Made by a program: the position numbers and the translations under genes. From assembly GCA_963749155.1 (NCBI GenBank), contig CAVVLO010000005.1, positions 192,001 through 256,000 of the forward strand: DNA of 64,000 nt. Direction: 5' to 3'. Each line of letters starts with the position of its first letter. Within the stretch, counting starts at the first letter, position 1. This DNA is from an uncultured Armatimonadia bacterium (GTDB lineage: Bacteria; Armatimonadota; Zipacnadia; CAVVLO01). Below, piece by piece: positions 29,201 to 37,904 of this stretch. The notes below the pieces were generated by a model. It worked only from the letters and a program-made list of their open reading frames with translations. It made no database searches and was not told the origin of the DNA.

Positions 29201-30140
29201 GTTCAACTCGAGGCTCATCGAGAGCGGTCTTGCCCAGAGCGAAAAGCTCCAGCTCGAGGGGCCAGGCGCCGCTAGTGTTGGAATAAACGTCGAACTGGAG
29301 CCGGCGCAGGCTCCCCTCCCAGCCGCGCTGCCTGGACAGGTCGACCACATAAGTGTGCGGTCCCGGGTCGCGATTTGCCGGGATATACAAGGCCGCCTGG
29401 CTGTTCATCCCCGGCTTGTCAGCCGTCTTGTAACTCAGCACAAAAGCCCGCGCGCTTGGCGCTGCGCAGCGGAAGGTCAGAATCGGATGCTCTGCCAGGT
29501 CCAGTTCCATCATCGGCCCGAGCAGCGAGGCCACCGAGCCTTTGCAGGTCAGCTTCAGCTTGCCGTCTGCGGTTGCAAAGGTCTCAATCCCCGAGGTGGG
29601 TATGAATCCAGGCGCGCCACTTTCAAAAGCGATTCTGCCGCCTTTGAAATCGCTCTTCTGCACGGGGTACTGCAGCAGTCGGATGCTCTCAATACGGAAA
29701 GTTGCCTGCTCCAGCAGGTCCAGCCGGAGGCGCGTAATGGTGCCTGACCAGCCTGGGAATATGCGATATACCTGCTCAGTGCCGTCTCCGGTGACCTGGA
29801 AGCGCATCTCATAATTCGGCCGGAAGCCGAGGTCGGCACCATCGGCGAAATTATTCCAGAAAAATTCCGCGAAGCCCGATTTGTCCGAGGCCAGCGTGAT
29901 CTCGATGACCTGAAAATCGTTGCCTTCGATACGGAAGGCAGGCTCGGGCAAGGTGATGTAGGGGTCGCCGCCAGTTGCCTTGGCGAGGAGCTTGCCGTCC
30001 TGGACTGTAAGTGGCGCTACCGAGTGGTCACTATGCCACCCTTGGGCATCAGTCTTGAAATCCCAGGTCTGGATGACAGTCTGCCCGCAGGCAAGACCAG
30101 CTATCAGGCTTATCAGAAGCAGCAGAATACTCCAGCGCAT
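26244..30140 (-). CDS. Large secreted multidomain protein: three related beta-sandwich modules and an alpha/alpha-barrel glycosidase-like core
   Basis: 1298 aa; signal peptide; WxGx(I/L)xRLx(L/F)D recurs three times; ARITGDEKL and AYKTTGKQEYLE helical hairpin motifs. Confidence 0.7.
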   Translation of the reverse strand: MRWSILLLLISLIAGLACGQTVIQTWDFKTDAQGWHSDHSVAPLTVQDGKLLAKATGGDPYITLPEPAFRIEGNDFQVIEITLASDKSGFAEFFWNNFADGADLGFRPNYEMRFQVTGDGTEQVYRIFPGWSGTITRLRLDLLEQATFRIESIRLLQYPVQKSDFKGGRIAFESGAPGFIPTSGIETFATADGKLKLTCKGSVASLLGPMMELDLAEHPILTFRCAAPSARAFVLSYKTADKPGMNSQAALYIPANRDPGPHTYVVDLSRQRGWEGSLRRLQFDVYSNTSGAWPLELELFALGKTALDEPRVELSEVTLGRAVATVGEPFTLSAKLLNPSEQPVREVKLALTDAKGAVLATAEIPGLTAGEERLVPLRVTLSTPAAINATLKATAEGGAGSSCALQLLASKALPEVGAETRPFCKKLDGGLAIGNELVCLVAADNGPRGVYPFELRARKGAGWSTVGTLPWPIELWLPAEKGGFERTSVNPAFGSFTFTESEGQALLSASYKFDFEGNNYTAKLFIRATAGKPYLDYTATLAGLPVAPVGKFGPGPFLAGEGAWGADYANAWFAGLEYLGPGDNSLNLLDAAPPVNELITPHPNRVTMPLMAAASSDGLVAGLMWDPNAKWDRIRNRLSSTFAAPNFLLGQQNTLMQVWAPGIPDYVEENQPLAFKPYITQADRPLAVAIRLFARADSEITQVAADWYNWYGAPALPELPRSYTETLEVSIKSFETLLKVPGKGWRGVLPWEPSKNPGIALCYVQADELLGKQGEYTRKALTELGSGRNAELAARIGPSLAQELRNLRDGALGASRGMNEEGGWTFSPNEDTAALGNKGDEGLGFTARNSWIIWRAARITGDEKLIEAGEKTFRYMERFSVPAASQVWEIPVHAPDILASAQACAAYLEAYKTTGKQEYLEKSVYWARTGLPFVYVWEQQEEGLEPMLYGTIPIFGATFWVGSWYGRLVQWCGLEYSLALLDLAEYDTSLDWRHIAAGIVRSGIRQQRLEPDYYGCYPDSWGMLDKAISWGLMLSPQRIIDNVAALLGNTSDLKTRVVEGAGGKLRLNGAAELSQADLVEGKLTCQVAYTEGYENHLVLSDTRRPTAVLVEGKALPYADDLASSQGSAWTYQPAYAMAEIRLMQPAEVVNLEIQGAGFATPPPPATSWEFAVDASGWTPANGVEFVGMAVGAAQFRITGDDPYLVGPETSFEASSKQLVKVRVKAPTAGPIDLYFTTDTAGFAAGMSLTVEYTNPGEWQELVFPAGTNPNWKGLITRLRLDPPGQVGDVVEVDYVRPD

Positions 30141-30199
30141 CTCTCATCACCCCTTGTAAGGTTGCCCGGACCTTCGGGGAGAGCGCCGCTTCTCCTGCT

Positions 30200-32071
30200 C
30201 TACTGGGGGACAGGCCCTTGCCAGAGATAAGCCTGCCCGCGATACGAAAAGGCAAGCAGGAGTTGCTTGCCATCGGGGCTGATGGCGTAATCCTGCACCT
30301 GGTCAAAGGGGCCATAGCGCTGCCCTGCGAGCCAGAAGTAGCCAATCCTCTCGCCTGCCTCGTTGAGGCTGGTTGGGAAGCCGCCTGCCTTGGCCAGCCG
30401 CTTGTACTGGCGTAGCGAGTAAGTTTGCCCGTCAACCCACACGTTGGTTGGGTCGCCGCCCTCTGGGCGCAAGTGGCCAGGCATCGCAGGTGGACGCCCT
30501 TCCTCTCGCTGGTGCCGAAGGGTTGCGCTCTCATGCGCATAGCAGATGGTGAGCGGACCGGAGTGCGACTCTTCCCGCACGAAGTTTACCCAGCCGAAGA
30601 GGCCGACAGGTTTCCCGTCTACCAGGACTTGCTGGCCTTTGGGTGTCGTAATGATCCACCCGGGCGTCAAATTTAACACGCCCTCCGCTCCTCTCACCGG
30701 CTTGTAGTTGGTTAGCTCCTCCAACGTTCCTAAGGAATTGAGTCCGCTTGCCGGTGAGCCCTTCAGTATTACTCGCCCATCAAGGCAGAAGCTGGGCGGG
30801 GTGTCCTGGGCCTGCCCCGCTGGAATCGCCCAATAACACACCTGCCCTGTCTTGCCCACCTCCCCAAGCCATCTGACGTCCTCATAAGGGCCGTAGCGTC
30901 TATCGCCGGCGCGCACCCATTCCTGGCCCCCCTGCTCGTGATTCTCGACCCAGGCGGGTTGGCCGGTTGACAGGAAGGGGTTGTAGACGAAGGGCCCCGA
31001 AGCCACGGAGCCTTGCCCGATGAGCTGCCCGTCCACGTAGAACTCGTTCGGTTTTTTGTCCTTCTTGTAAGCGAAGAACCCCAGATGGCCGCTACCTGGC
31101 CTCTCGCCGACACTTGAAACGCCGTGGAAGGGGCCCAGCCACTTCCCATCGAACCACACCTTTGCGCTGTCCTTGCTTTCGAAAACTAGCGCCAGATGCT
31201 TGCCGTCATCGGAAAGCGTCGGCTCGCCAATTTCGTCAAAACGCTGCACTTTACGCCCCTGGTCTACCAGCCAGACGGGGCCGTCTTCCCGCTCGCGCAC
31301 CATATAGACCAGGCGCGGGGTACCGGTGAGGCTTGCGGTCGGGCCGGATAACTCTACGAAGGGGCCCTGGGTAGTTGTGCCATCCCAGAGGTAGTAGGCC
31401 TTCCGGCCGACCTGGTAGCGCGCCAGTGGCCTGTTGCGCGCCCTGTCCCAGCAGGCCCAGACCTGGAAGGTGTCGAGGAGAGGAGTATGCTCATCCTGAT
31501 AATTCAGTACGCAGTAGGCGCCACTTAGCGGCACCTGACACAGGGCGCGCTGACCGTCGGGGCTCGCAACATAGGGGCTTGCAGGCTGACCTCGCTTCAA
31601 CTCGGGTATGTAGTAATTATGCAGCAGCTGGCCGTCGAGCCAGACGTTGGTGGCACCGACCCAGAGCGATCCTCGCCAGAGCTGGCCCCACTTGAGATAT
31701 GGCCCTTGCGTGTCCAAATCGCCCTGACCATACTCGTGCCCCTCAAGTGGCCCCTGCAGCTTGCCATCGGTGAGCCATACTTCTCGCCCATCGGGCAGCA
31801 ACCGGGTCGCCACCGAGTGCTTCCCGTCGGGGGTGTAAAGGGTCAGTGCCTCGCCGCCCGGATAGGGCCCGCAGAGTTGCCCGGCCTTGGGGATGACCTG
31901 CTCCAAAGTTGAGTGAGCCTGCCTGGCTGCCAGCCAGCGCTGCTCAAGCGAGAGCCACCGGGAGGGCCAGGCCTCTCGGACAGTGCTCCAGAAGCTGCCG
32001 ATAACCCATATAACGAGCACTACCCACCAGCCATTGCGGTACAGCCAGGAGTCAGAGCGAGCGCGGTTCAT
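30200..32071 (-). CDS. Membrane-anchored beta-repeat (propeller-like) protein, array copy 4
   Basis: N-terminal hydrophobic segment; repeated (W/Y)xDGKxxGP(F/Y)xxV units; ISPDGKQLLLAF...YLWQGPVP C-terminus. Confidence 0.8.
   Translation of the reverse strand: MNRARSDSWLYRNGWWVVLVIWVIGSFWSTVREAWPSRWLSLEQRWLAARQAHSTLEQVIPKAGQLCGPYPGGEALTLYTPDGKHSVATRLLPDGREVWLTDGKLQGPLEGHEYGQGDLDTQGPYLKWGQLWRGSLWVGATNVWLDGQLLHNYYIPELKRGQPASPYVASPDGQRALCQVPLSGAYCVLNYQDEHTPLLDTFQVWACWDRARNRPLARYQVGRKAYYLWDGTTTQGPFVELSGPTASLTGTPRLVYMVREREDGPVWLVDQGRKVQRFDEIGEPTLSDDGKHLALVFESKDSAKVWFDGKWLGPFHGVSSVGERPGSGHLGFFAYKKDKKPNEFYVDGQLIGQGSVASGPFVYNPFLSTGQPAWVENHEQGGQEWVRAGDRRYGPYEDVRWLGEVGKTGQVCYWAIPAGQAQDTPPSFCLDGRVILKGSPASGLNSLGTLEELTNYKPVRGAEGVLNLTPGWIITTPKGQQVLVDGKPVGLFGWVNFVREESHSGPLTICYAHESATLRHQREEGRPPAMPGHLRPEGGDPTNVWVDGQTYSLRQYKRLAKAGGFPTSLNEAGERIGYFWLAGQRYGPFDQVQDYAISPDGKQLLLAFSYRGQAYLWQGPVPQ
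30210..30292. repeat. 83-bp direct repeat, copy A (partner 32099-32181)
   Basis: One mismatch (30218 T vs 32107 C); 74 consecutive identical bases. Confidence 0.9.
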
Positions 32072-33948
32072 TGTTTGCTCTTCTCCTCTTGCCCTGGCAC
32101 AGGCCCCTGCCAGAGATAAGCCTGCCCGCGATACGAAAAGGCAAGCAGGAGTTGCTTGCCATCGGGGCTGATGGCGTAATCATAGAGGTTCTCGAAGGGT
32201 CCGAGCTTCTCCCCGCCGACCCAGAGGTAACCGCCCTGGCGCCTCGCATCGTGGTAGCTGGTGGGGAAGCCGCCCGCCTGCCTTAGCCGCTTATACTGGC
32301 GTAGCGAGTAAGTTTGCCCGTCAATCCACACCTGATTAGGCGCGACCTTGCCTGGTCGCTGGTCTTCAATGCCGTTGTCTTGTAGCAAATACTCGCGCAT
32401 CTGGCGCAGGCTCGAGTTGTCCTTCTTGCAGAAGGCGGTGATGGGGCCGCTGACGGACTCCTCGCGAACGAAGTCCACCCAGCCGAAGGGGCCGATGGAT
32501 TTCCCGTTCACCAGCACGTATTGGCCTTCCCCGTTCATACATACGACCGGCGTGGCGTTGGCCTGGCCCTCCGCACCGCGCACTGGCTTGTAGTTGGTGA
32601 AGTCCTCCAACCGCTGCGCTGCGTTGGGAGTGCGCCTGGGCTCTGCGTCGATAAGCTTGCGTCCGTCCATATAAAAGCCCTTCAGGGACTGAGGCGTCTT
32701 GCCCTGCAGATCCGCCCAGTACCAGACATCGCCCAGTTCTCCAGCAGGAGCAACCCAGCCCACGTATTTGTAGGGGCCCCACTGATTGGCGCCTGCATGC
32801 ACCCAGACTTCGCCTGGCTTGGGACTATCCAGCCAGACTAGCTTGCCGTTGGGCAGGAAGGCCTGCGGCCAGAGGGGCCCCATAGGGCCCTCGCCCCGGC
32901 CAATCTCTTTCCCGTCGAGGTAAATTGCGTTGCGTAGTGGCTGCCCAGTCGAAGCCTCAAAAGCCAGGTGGCCAGTGCCGGGGCACGTGCCAAGCGAACT
33001 CACCTTCCGGAAGGGCCCAAGCCATTTGCCGTCATACCACACCCGCGCCCCGCGCTTCGAGTTGAAGAGAACCTGCAGATGCTTGCCATCGTCAGAAAGC
33101 GTCGGCTCGCCAATTCCGTCAAACCGCTGGACCTTGCGCCCTTGATCCACGAGCCAGGCGGGGCCGTCTTCCTGCTCGCGCACCATATACGCAATGCGCG
33201 GGGTACCTGTGAGGCTTGCAGTCGGGCCGGATACCTCTACGAAGGGGCCCTGGGTGTTCGTGCCATCCCAGAGGTAGCCTTTGTCATATTCGCCCCTGAA
33301 ACCGATCAACGGCTTGTTCGCCGCGCGGTCCCAGCAGGCCTGGACGCCCATCACCGCAGCCAGTGGGGAGAAGCGGCCATCATACTCGAAAACAGTCAGG
33401 TGGCCGGCTCGAAGGCGCGCTACTAATTGCCCCTCGGGGCCGGCCATATAGAAATGCGGCTCGCTGTAGCGCAGGCCACCTGGACCGCCTTTCGGACGCC
33501 CGAGGGAGTGCAGCTTGCCCTCATACCACACGCTGCCCGCCGACACCCACACCCCGCCTCGTCGGTCCGTGCCCCAGTCCAGCCCAGATCTGGGGCCGTC
33601 AACCGTCAGGCTCTGAGCCGTCGGGTGGCCGGTAGTCTCCACAAGTTGGCCGTCATTCAGCCACGTGACGGAGCCGCCAGCACTTGCGACTACGGCCACG
33701 GAATGGCTGCCGCTCGGGGTGAAGAGCACAAGGCCTCCGTAGCTGGATGCCGAGCCGAATGGACCGTAAAGCTGCCCTCCCTTTGGCACGGTCTGGGAGA
33801 TGGGAATCAGCCGCTGCTGCAGCGAGAGCCACCAGGTAGACCAGGCTTCCTTTGTAGCAGAGGCCACCTGGAGGCCGAAATAGGAAACCAGAATCAGCCA
33901 CCAGGCATTGCGGTACAGCCAGGAACGACGCCTCGGCTCACTTGTCAT
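32068..33948 (-). CDS. Membrane-anchored beta-repeat protein, array copy 3
   Basis: Closest paralog of 30200-32071 (SWLYRNxWW, GPTASLTGTPR, TNYKPVRGAEG); ATGA overlaps at both ends. Confidence 0.8.
   Translation of the reverse strand: MTSEPRRRSWLYRNAWWLILVSYFGLQVASATKEAWSTWWLSLQQRLIPISQTVPKGGQLYGPFGSASSYGGLVLFTPSGSHSVAVVASAGGSVTWLNDGQLVETTGHPTAQSLTVDGPRSGLDWGTDRRGGVWVSAGSVWYEGKLHSLGRPKGGPGGLRYSEPHFYMAGPEGQLVARLRAGHLTVFEYDGRFSPLAAVMGVQACWDRAANKPLIGFRGEYDKGYLWDGTNTQGPFVEVSGPTASLTGTPRIAYMVREQEDGPAWLVDQGRKVQRFDGIGEPTLSDDGKHLQVLFNSKRGARVWYDGKWLGPFRKVSSLGTCPGTGHLAFEASTGQPLRNAIYLDGKEIGRGEGPMGPLWPQAFLPNGKLVWLDSPKPGEVWVHAGANQWGPYKYVGWVAPAGELGDVWYWADLQGKTPQSLKGFYMDGRKLIDAEPRRTPNAAQRLEDFTNYKPVRGAEGQANATPVVCMNGEGQYVLVNGKSIGPFGWVDFVREESVSGPITAFCKKDNSSLRQMREYLLQDNGIEDQRPGKVAPNQVWIDGQTYSLRQYKRLRQAGGFPTSYHDARRQGGYLWVGGEKLGPFENLYDYAISPDGKQLLLAFSYRGQAYLWQGPVPGQEEKSKQ
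32099..32181. repeat. 83-bp direct repeat, copy B (partner 30210-30292)
   Basis: Direct alignment shows one mismatch. Confidence 0.9.
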
Positions 33949-35891
33949 TGCGCCTCACCTACCGGCCCCTGCCAGAGATAAGTGTTGTTCTCCCGGATGA
34001 AGGCCAGGAGCGCTTGCTTGCCGTCCGGGCTTACTGTGCAGGCTAGCACGTCGTCGACGGGTCCAAGCTTGTTGCCAGCAATCCAGACCGCCCGCAGCGG
34101 GTGGGGCCAGGAGTGCTCCGGCCCAGGCACTGTAAACGTCACGGCGCCTGCGATCTCCCGCTGCTTCTGATACTGCTCCAGGCTGTACCGTTGCCCTGCC
34201 ACCCAGACGTGGTCGGGCGCCGGCTTGTCGCTGCTGCTGTAAGAGCCACTGGGGCGCTTCATGGCATCCTCAGCCTTGTCCACATAGAAGATAGCGAGGG
34301 GTCCAGAGGGCGATTCCTCCCTGGCTGACACCACATAGCCGAAGGGGCCTACCGGCTTGCCATCCACTAGTACATATTGGCCGGTGGCGTCCTCGCAGAG
34401 CACCTTGGGGGTCGAGTTGAACCACTCCCGCGCCGGGTTGCGCTGCGTGTAGTCGGGCCACAAAGCGTCCACATCCGCCATCTGCCCGGGCCGCCAATAA
34501 TTGCCAACGAGCTTGCCGTCAACGAAGAGCTGCCACTTCTCACGCGAGAAGGCGTCCTGCAAGTTGTTGTTGTACGTCCAGGGGGTACCTGGCGGGGTCG
34601 CCCAGTAGATGACGTGGCCTTCGCCAGGAGGCAGCCCCAGCCCGAGTACCGCCTCGTAGGGTCCGTAGCGCTTGCCCTCGAACCAGACACCCACTTGCTC
34701 AGAGCCCTCCACCCGGTAGCCGAAGGCGAGTCTCGATTGGCCCTCCCATCCACGGAAGGGGCCGCTATAGCGGCCATCTGCAGGCCTCCTGGCGACTGGC
34801 TTCCCATCCACCCACACGCGAGAGCCGGTTTGGCCAGGTTCAGTCGCGGAGAAGACAAAGCTCTGCCTCTCTCCGATGAAGCCATCGTGACCAACATCCC
34901 CGAAGACGCCAAGCTTTTTGCCGTCCAGCCACACCGTGGTGCGGTCGCCGCCCTTCGCGATTAGCGCCAGGTGCTTGCCATCGGCGGAGAGATCCACCTC
35001 AGGCGCCACTTCGAAGGGGCCACTGCGCTTGCCCGAATCCACAACCCAGGCAGGGCCAGACACCTTCTCCTGGTATGAGTAGACGATGCGCTGGGGTTGC
35101 TTCTCACTTAGCACGGGGCCTTCCAGGGTCGCGAAGGGGCCCTTCACCTCATCGCCCATCCGCAGGTACCACTTGCCATCCTTGGCATCGTGGTAACCAA
35201 ACACCAGCGCGCCATCGCTCAGCCGCTGGCCGCACCAGAAACTGGCCGCAGGGCCATACAGCTTGCCCTTCCACGCGAACCAGTATGGGACACAGTTGCC
35301 GCCGCCGCTTCTGGGGAGGGTACGGTCCATATCCAGGAAGCACCCACCCGCGGTCTTGCCGTCTTTGCCAAGCAGCGGGGCATAGTCTTCATACATCGTG
35401 TCTCGCTTGCCGCTAGTGGGCTGCAGCGAGCCGCATGCATTGAGGTAGCCGTTGTAGCAGACCTCGCCGAGAGCAACCCACAACCGCCCAGCCGCATCCA
35501 GCCCGGCTTCGGGCCTGCGAAGGTCGCCCCCCGTGCCGAGAACCGGCCCATGTGCCTGCCCATCTATCAGCCACACTTCGCTGCCGGTTCCAAGCGAGGC
35601 TACGAGGACGGAATGCTTGCCCGCCTGGTCGTAGGCCGCAAGTCCGCCCTCGAAAGAGGGCCACTGGCCCAGTCGCTCGTAGGGGCCCAAGAGGGTTCCT
35701 CCGGCTGGCACGACCTTTTCCGAGGGGTTGCTGATCCGCTGCAGCTTCTCCAGACCGCAGCCGGCCAGCTGCGTTACCAGTGAGTAGACTAATATCAGCC
35801 CCAGGACGATCGTCGGGCTTGCAAGTATCAGCGGTAACCACAGTTTGGCGAATCGGCTCGGTCTGCGCTGACCGGGTTCGGGTTGCTGCAT
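33945..35891 (-). CDS. Membrane-anchored beta-repeat protein, array copy 2
   Basis: Transmembrane segment; GTLLGPY, LSADGKHLA, GPFGYVVSAREESPSGPL, VSPDGKQALLAF...YLWQGP. Confidence 0.8.
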   Translation of the reverse strand: MQQPEPGQRRPSRFAKLWLPLILASPTIVLGLILVYSLVTQLAGCGLEKLQRISNPSEKVVPAGGTLLGPYERLGQWPSFEGGLAAYDQAGKHSVLVASLGTGSEVWLIDGQAHGPVLGTGGDLRRPEAGLDAAGRLWVALGEVCYNGYLNACGSLQPTSGKRDTMYEDYAPLLGKDGKTAGGCFLDMDRTLPRSGGGNCVPYWFAWKGKLYGPAASFWCGQRLSDGALVFGYHDAKDGKWYLRMGDEVKGPFATLEGPVLSEKQPQRIVYSYQEKVSGPAWVVDSGKRSGPFEVAPEVDLSADGKHLALIAKGGDRTTVWLDGKKLGVFGDVGHDGFIGERQSFVFSATEPGQTGSRVWVDGKPVARRPADGRYSGPFRGWEGQSRLAFGYRVEGSEQVGVWFEGKRYGPYEAVLGLGLPPGEGHVIYWATPPGTPWTYNNNLQDAFSREKWQLFVDGKLVGNYWRPGQMADVDALWPDYTQRNPAREWFNSTPKVLCEDATGQYVLVDGKPVGPFGYVVSAREESPSGPLAIFYVDKAEDAMKRPSGSYSSSDKPAPDHVWVAGQRYSLEQYQKQREIAGAVTFTVPGPEHSWPHPLRAVWIAGNKLGPVDDVLACTVSPDGKQALLAFIRENNTYLWQGPVGEAQ

Positions 35892-35906
35892 CTACTATAC
35901 GCCTCC

Positions 35907-37802
35907 CTAGTCTGGCGGAATGGGGCCTTGCCAGAGATAGCTCTTGCCGTCCTTGATGAAAGCCAGAGTGAACTCGTTTGCCTTCGGGCTGACCGCATAA
36001 GCCAGCAGCTTGTCGAAGGGGCCATAACGCTTGCCGGCCACCCAAACCTCGGGTGCTGGGAGGTTGCTGTTCACGGGCCAGTCCAGCCGGTTGCAGAGGT
36101 ATGTTGGCCCTGCCTTGGTGCGAGCCAGGTGGCTATACTGCCTCAGGCTGAGCCGCTCGCCGTTCACCCAGACGGCGCCAGGACGCTGTTGTTGGAACTG
36201 CTCGGACAGCAGGCGATGGACGAGGGAGTTGCTGCTGTAAAAAATAGTAAGCGGGCCCTGCGGGTTGTCGCGGCGTACCGAGACTACTCGAGGGAAGGGA
36301 CCGATAAATTCTCCACCCGCCCACACATATTGCTCTCCGGCCTTCTCCACGACCCGCTCGGGTGCCACGTGCGTGCCTGAGGGCAGTACCGGGCCGGGGA
36401 TGTGGCGATAACCGCTGGCCAGTGTGTAGCCCTCCAGCTTCTTGCCCTGGACGACCAGATAGGATTGCTGCCAATCCTGCTCGCTGCCTCCACCGTTCGG
36501 CAAGAAGCTGGTGAAGGAGCCAGCAAGGTCGCTTGCCCAGAAGGAGTAATCGTCTGGCCCCGGCCCAAAGGCGAGGTCGGCGATTTTGCCATACGGCCCG
36601 AGCAGCTTGCCGTTCACCCAGACCCAGGTGCGCCTGTCCTTCGCATCGATGCAGTGGAAAGCCACTGTCTTACCGGTCGTGGAGCGCTGCACGAAGCCCG
36701 TGTCGAAGCTGAGATTGGGGGTCGAGAGGGAGGTCGGCTTGCCGTCGATCCAGATCTGCCTGTCATCGCAAGAATTCCCCATCACGAAAGCGATGAGCTG
36801 GTTGCCCGGAGGAGCGAAGAAGGCATCGATCTGCTGGCCACGGACGAGTTCTTTCCCTTCGGCCATCAGCACGGCGCCCTTGGCATCCTTCAGGTTGAGG
36901 GCCAGGCGTTTGCCATCGGGCGAGAGCAACACCTCGCCGCCTGCGAGATACGGGCCTGCCTGGTTGCCGTTATCCCACAGCCAGACCGGCCCATCCTGGC
37001 TGTTGGAATACATAAAGGTGATACGAGTCGCGCCGTTGAGGTTGGCGTAGGGACCCCACAGCCGCGCGAAGGAGTCTGGCTTCTCCGCGCCGCGGGCGAG
37101 GCGGTATTCGGTAGTCCCCGGTACTTTATAACCGAACCAGGGTACACCTGGCTTGCCCGTGACCACGGCTTTGCAGCCATATGCACCTGGTCCTAGAAGC
37201 TTGTCGCCGAAGGCGAGGTAATAATATCGCTCCATCGCCGCCGGGCCGGTAGGCGTTTGCTGCGTCAACATAGCGGCGCCGCAGGCCAGCCCTCCAAACC
37301 TGCAGGGCACCTCGCCGAAGGTGTAGTTGAGGCTGCTGGTGCCGCCCTCTGGGCGCAGGGAGGCCGCCTTCCAGTAGTGGCCATCGTAGTAGTAATCGAG
37401 GGAGGTCGCCCAGAGCTTGCCCTCAGCGTCCAGTCCTCCGCGCACGCGATTGAAGTTGTCGCGGTTATCCGGACCTGTGGTTACAGGACCTATCGGCTTG
37501 CCATCGCAAAGCCAAAACTCCTGCTCCGAGCCCACCGCGACGACCGCAACAGAGTGGTTCCCTGCCGCGTCATATCCGACGAAAGCCTTGTCGTAGTAGT
37601 GGACGGGCGACTCGAAAGGGCCGTAGAGGGTGCCATCCTGGGGCAGGTGATACGGGGCAAGGGCCGAGAGCGTCTGCAGCAGGCTCCCACCGACCACCCA
37701 CAGCATCGGGAGGAGAAAGATCGCGAGCAGTACCAGGCCAAACAGTAGCCAGCCAGAGACTCGTCGCCTGGGTGACGCGGGTGGAACTTGCGTTTCGCTC
37801 AT
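35907..37802 (-). CDS. Membrane-anchored beta-repeat protein, array copy 1
   Basis: Transmembrane segment; GTLYGPF, LSPDGKRLA, LSLRQY, YLWQGPIP; ATG 37802 after AAGGAG. Confidence 0.8.
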   Translation of the reverse strand: MSETQVPPASPRRRVSGWLLFGLVLLAIFLLPMLWVVGGSLLQTLSALAPYHLPQDGTLYGPFESPVHYYDKAFVGYDAAGNHSVAVVAVGSEQEFWLCDGKPIGPVTTGPDNRDNFNRVRGGLDAEGKLWATSLDYYYDGHYWKAASLRPEGGTSSLNYTFGEVPCRFGGLACGAAMLTQQTPTGPAAMERYYYLAFGDKLLGPGAYGCKAVVTGKPGVPWFGYKVPGTTEYRLARGAEKPDSFARLWGPYANLNGATRITFMYSNSQDGPVWLWDNGNQAGPYLAGGEVLLSPDGKRLALNLKDAKGAVLMAEGKELVRGQQIDAFFAPPGNQLIAFVMGNSCDDRQIWIDGKPTSLSTPNLSFDTGFVQRSTTGKTVAFHCIDAKDRRTWVWVNGKLLGPYGKIADLAFGPGPDDYSFWASDLAGSFTSFLPNGGGSEQDWQQSYLVVQGKKLEGYTLASGYRHIPGPVLPSGTHVAPERVVEKAGEQYVWAGGEFIGPFPRVVSVRRDNPQGPLTIFYSSNSLVHRLLSEQFQQQRPGAVWVNGERLSLRQYSHLARTKAGPTYLCNRLDWPVNSNLPAPEVWVAGKRYGPFDKLLAYAVSPKANEFTLAFIKDGKSYLWQGPIPPD

Positions 37803-37870
37803 AGCGCTCTCCTTGGAATTCACCTGTCGGGCGAGCAGGTGGAGTCCGTCAGGAACGTGAGGCTAGAGGT

Positions 37871-37879
37871 AGTGTAGCA
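37871..37879 (-). promoter_or_regulatory. Possible extended -10 promoter for the paralog array
   Basis: Minus strand TGCTACACT with an AT-rich upstream tract. Confidence 0.4.
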
Positions 37880-37904
37880 TTAAATCGGAATATAAAAAAG
37901 AGGA

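Noticed and set aside
30200..33948. Diversity-generating retroelement (3' repeats as TR/VR)
   Set aside because: No reverse transcriptase or Avd in the window, both repeat copies are coding, and a single mismatch gives no pattern of adenine-directed variation.
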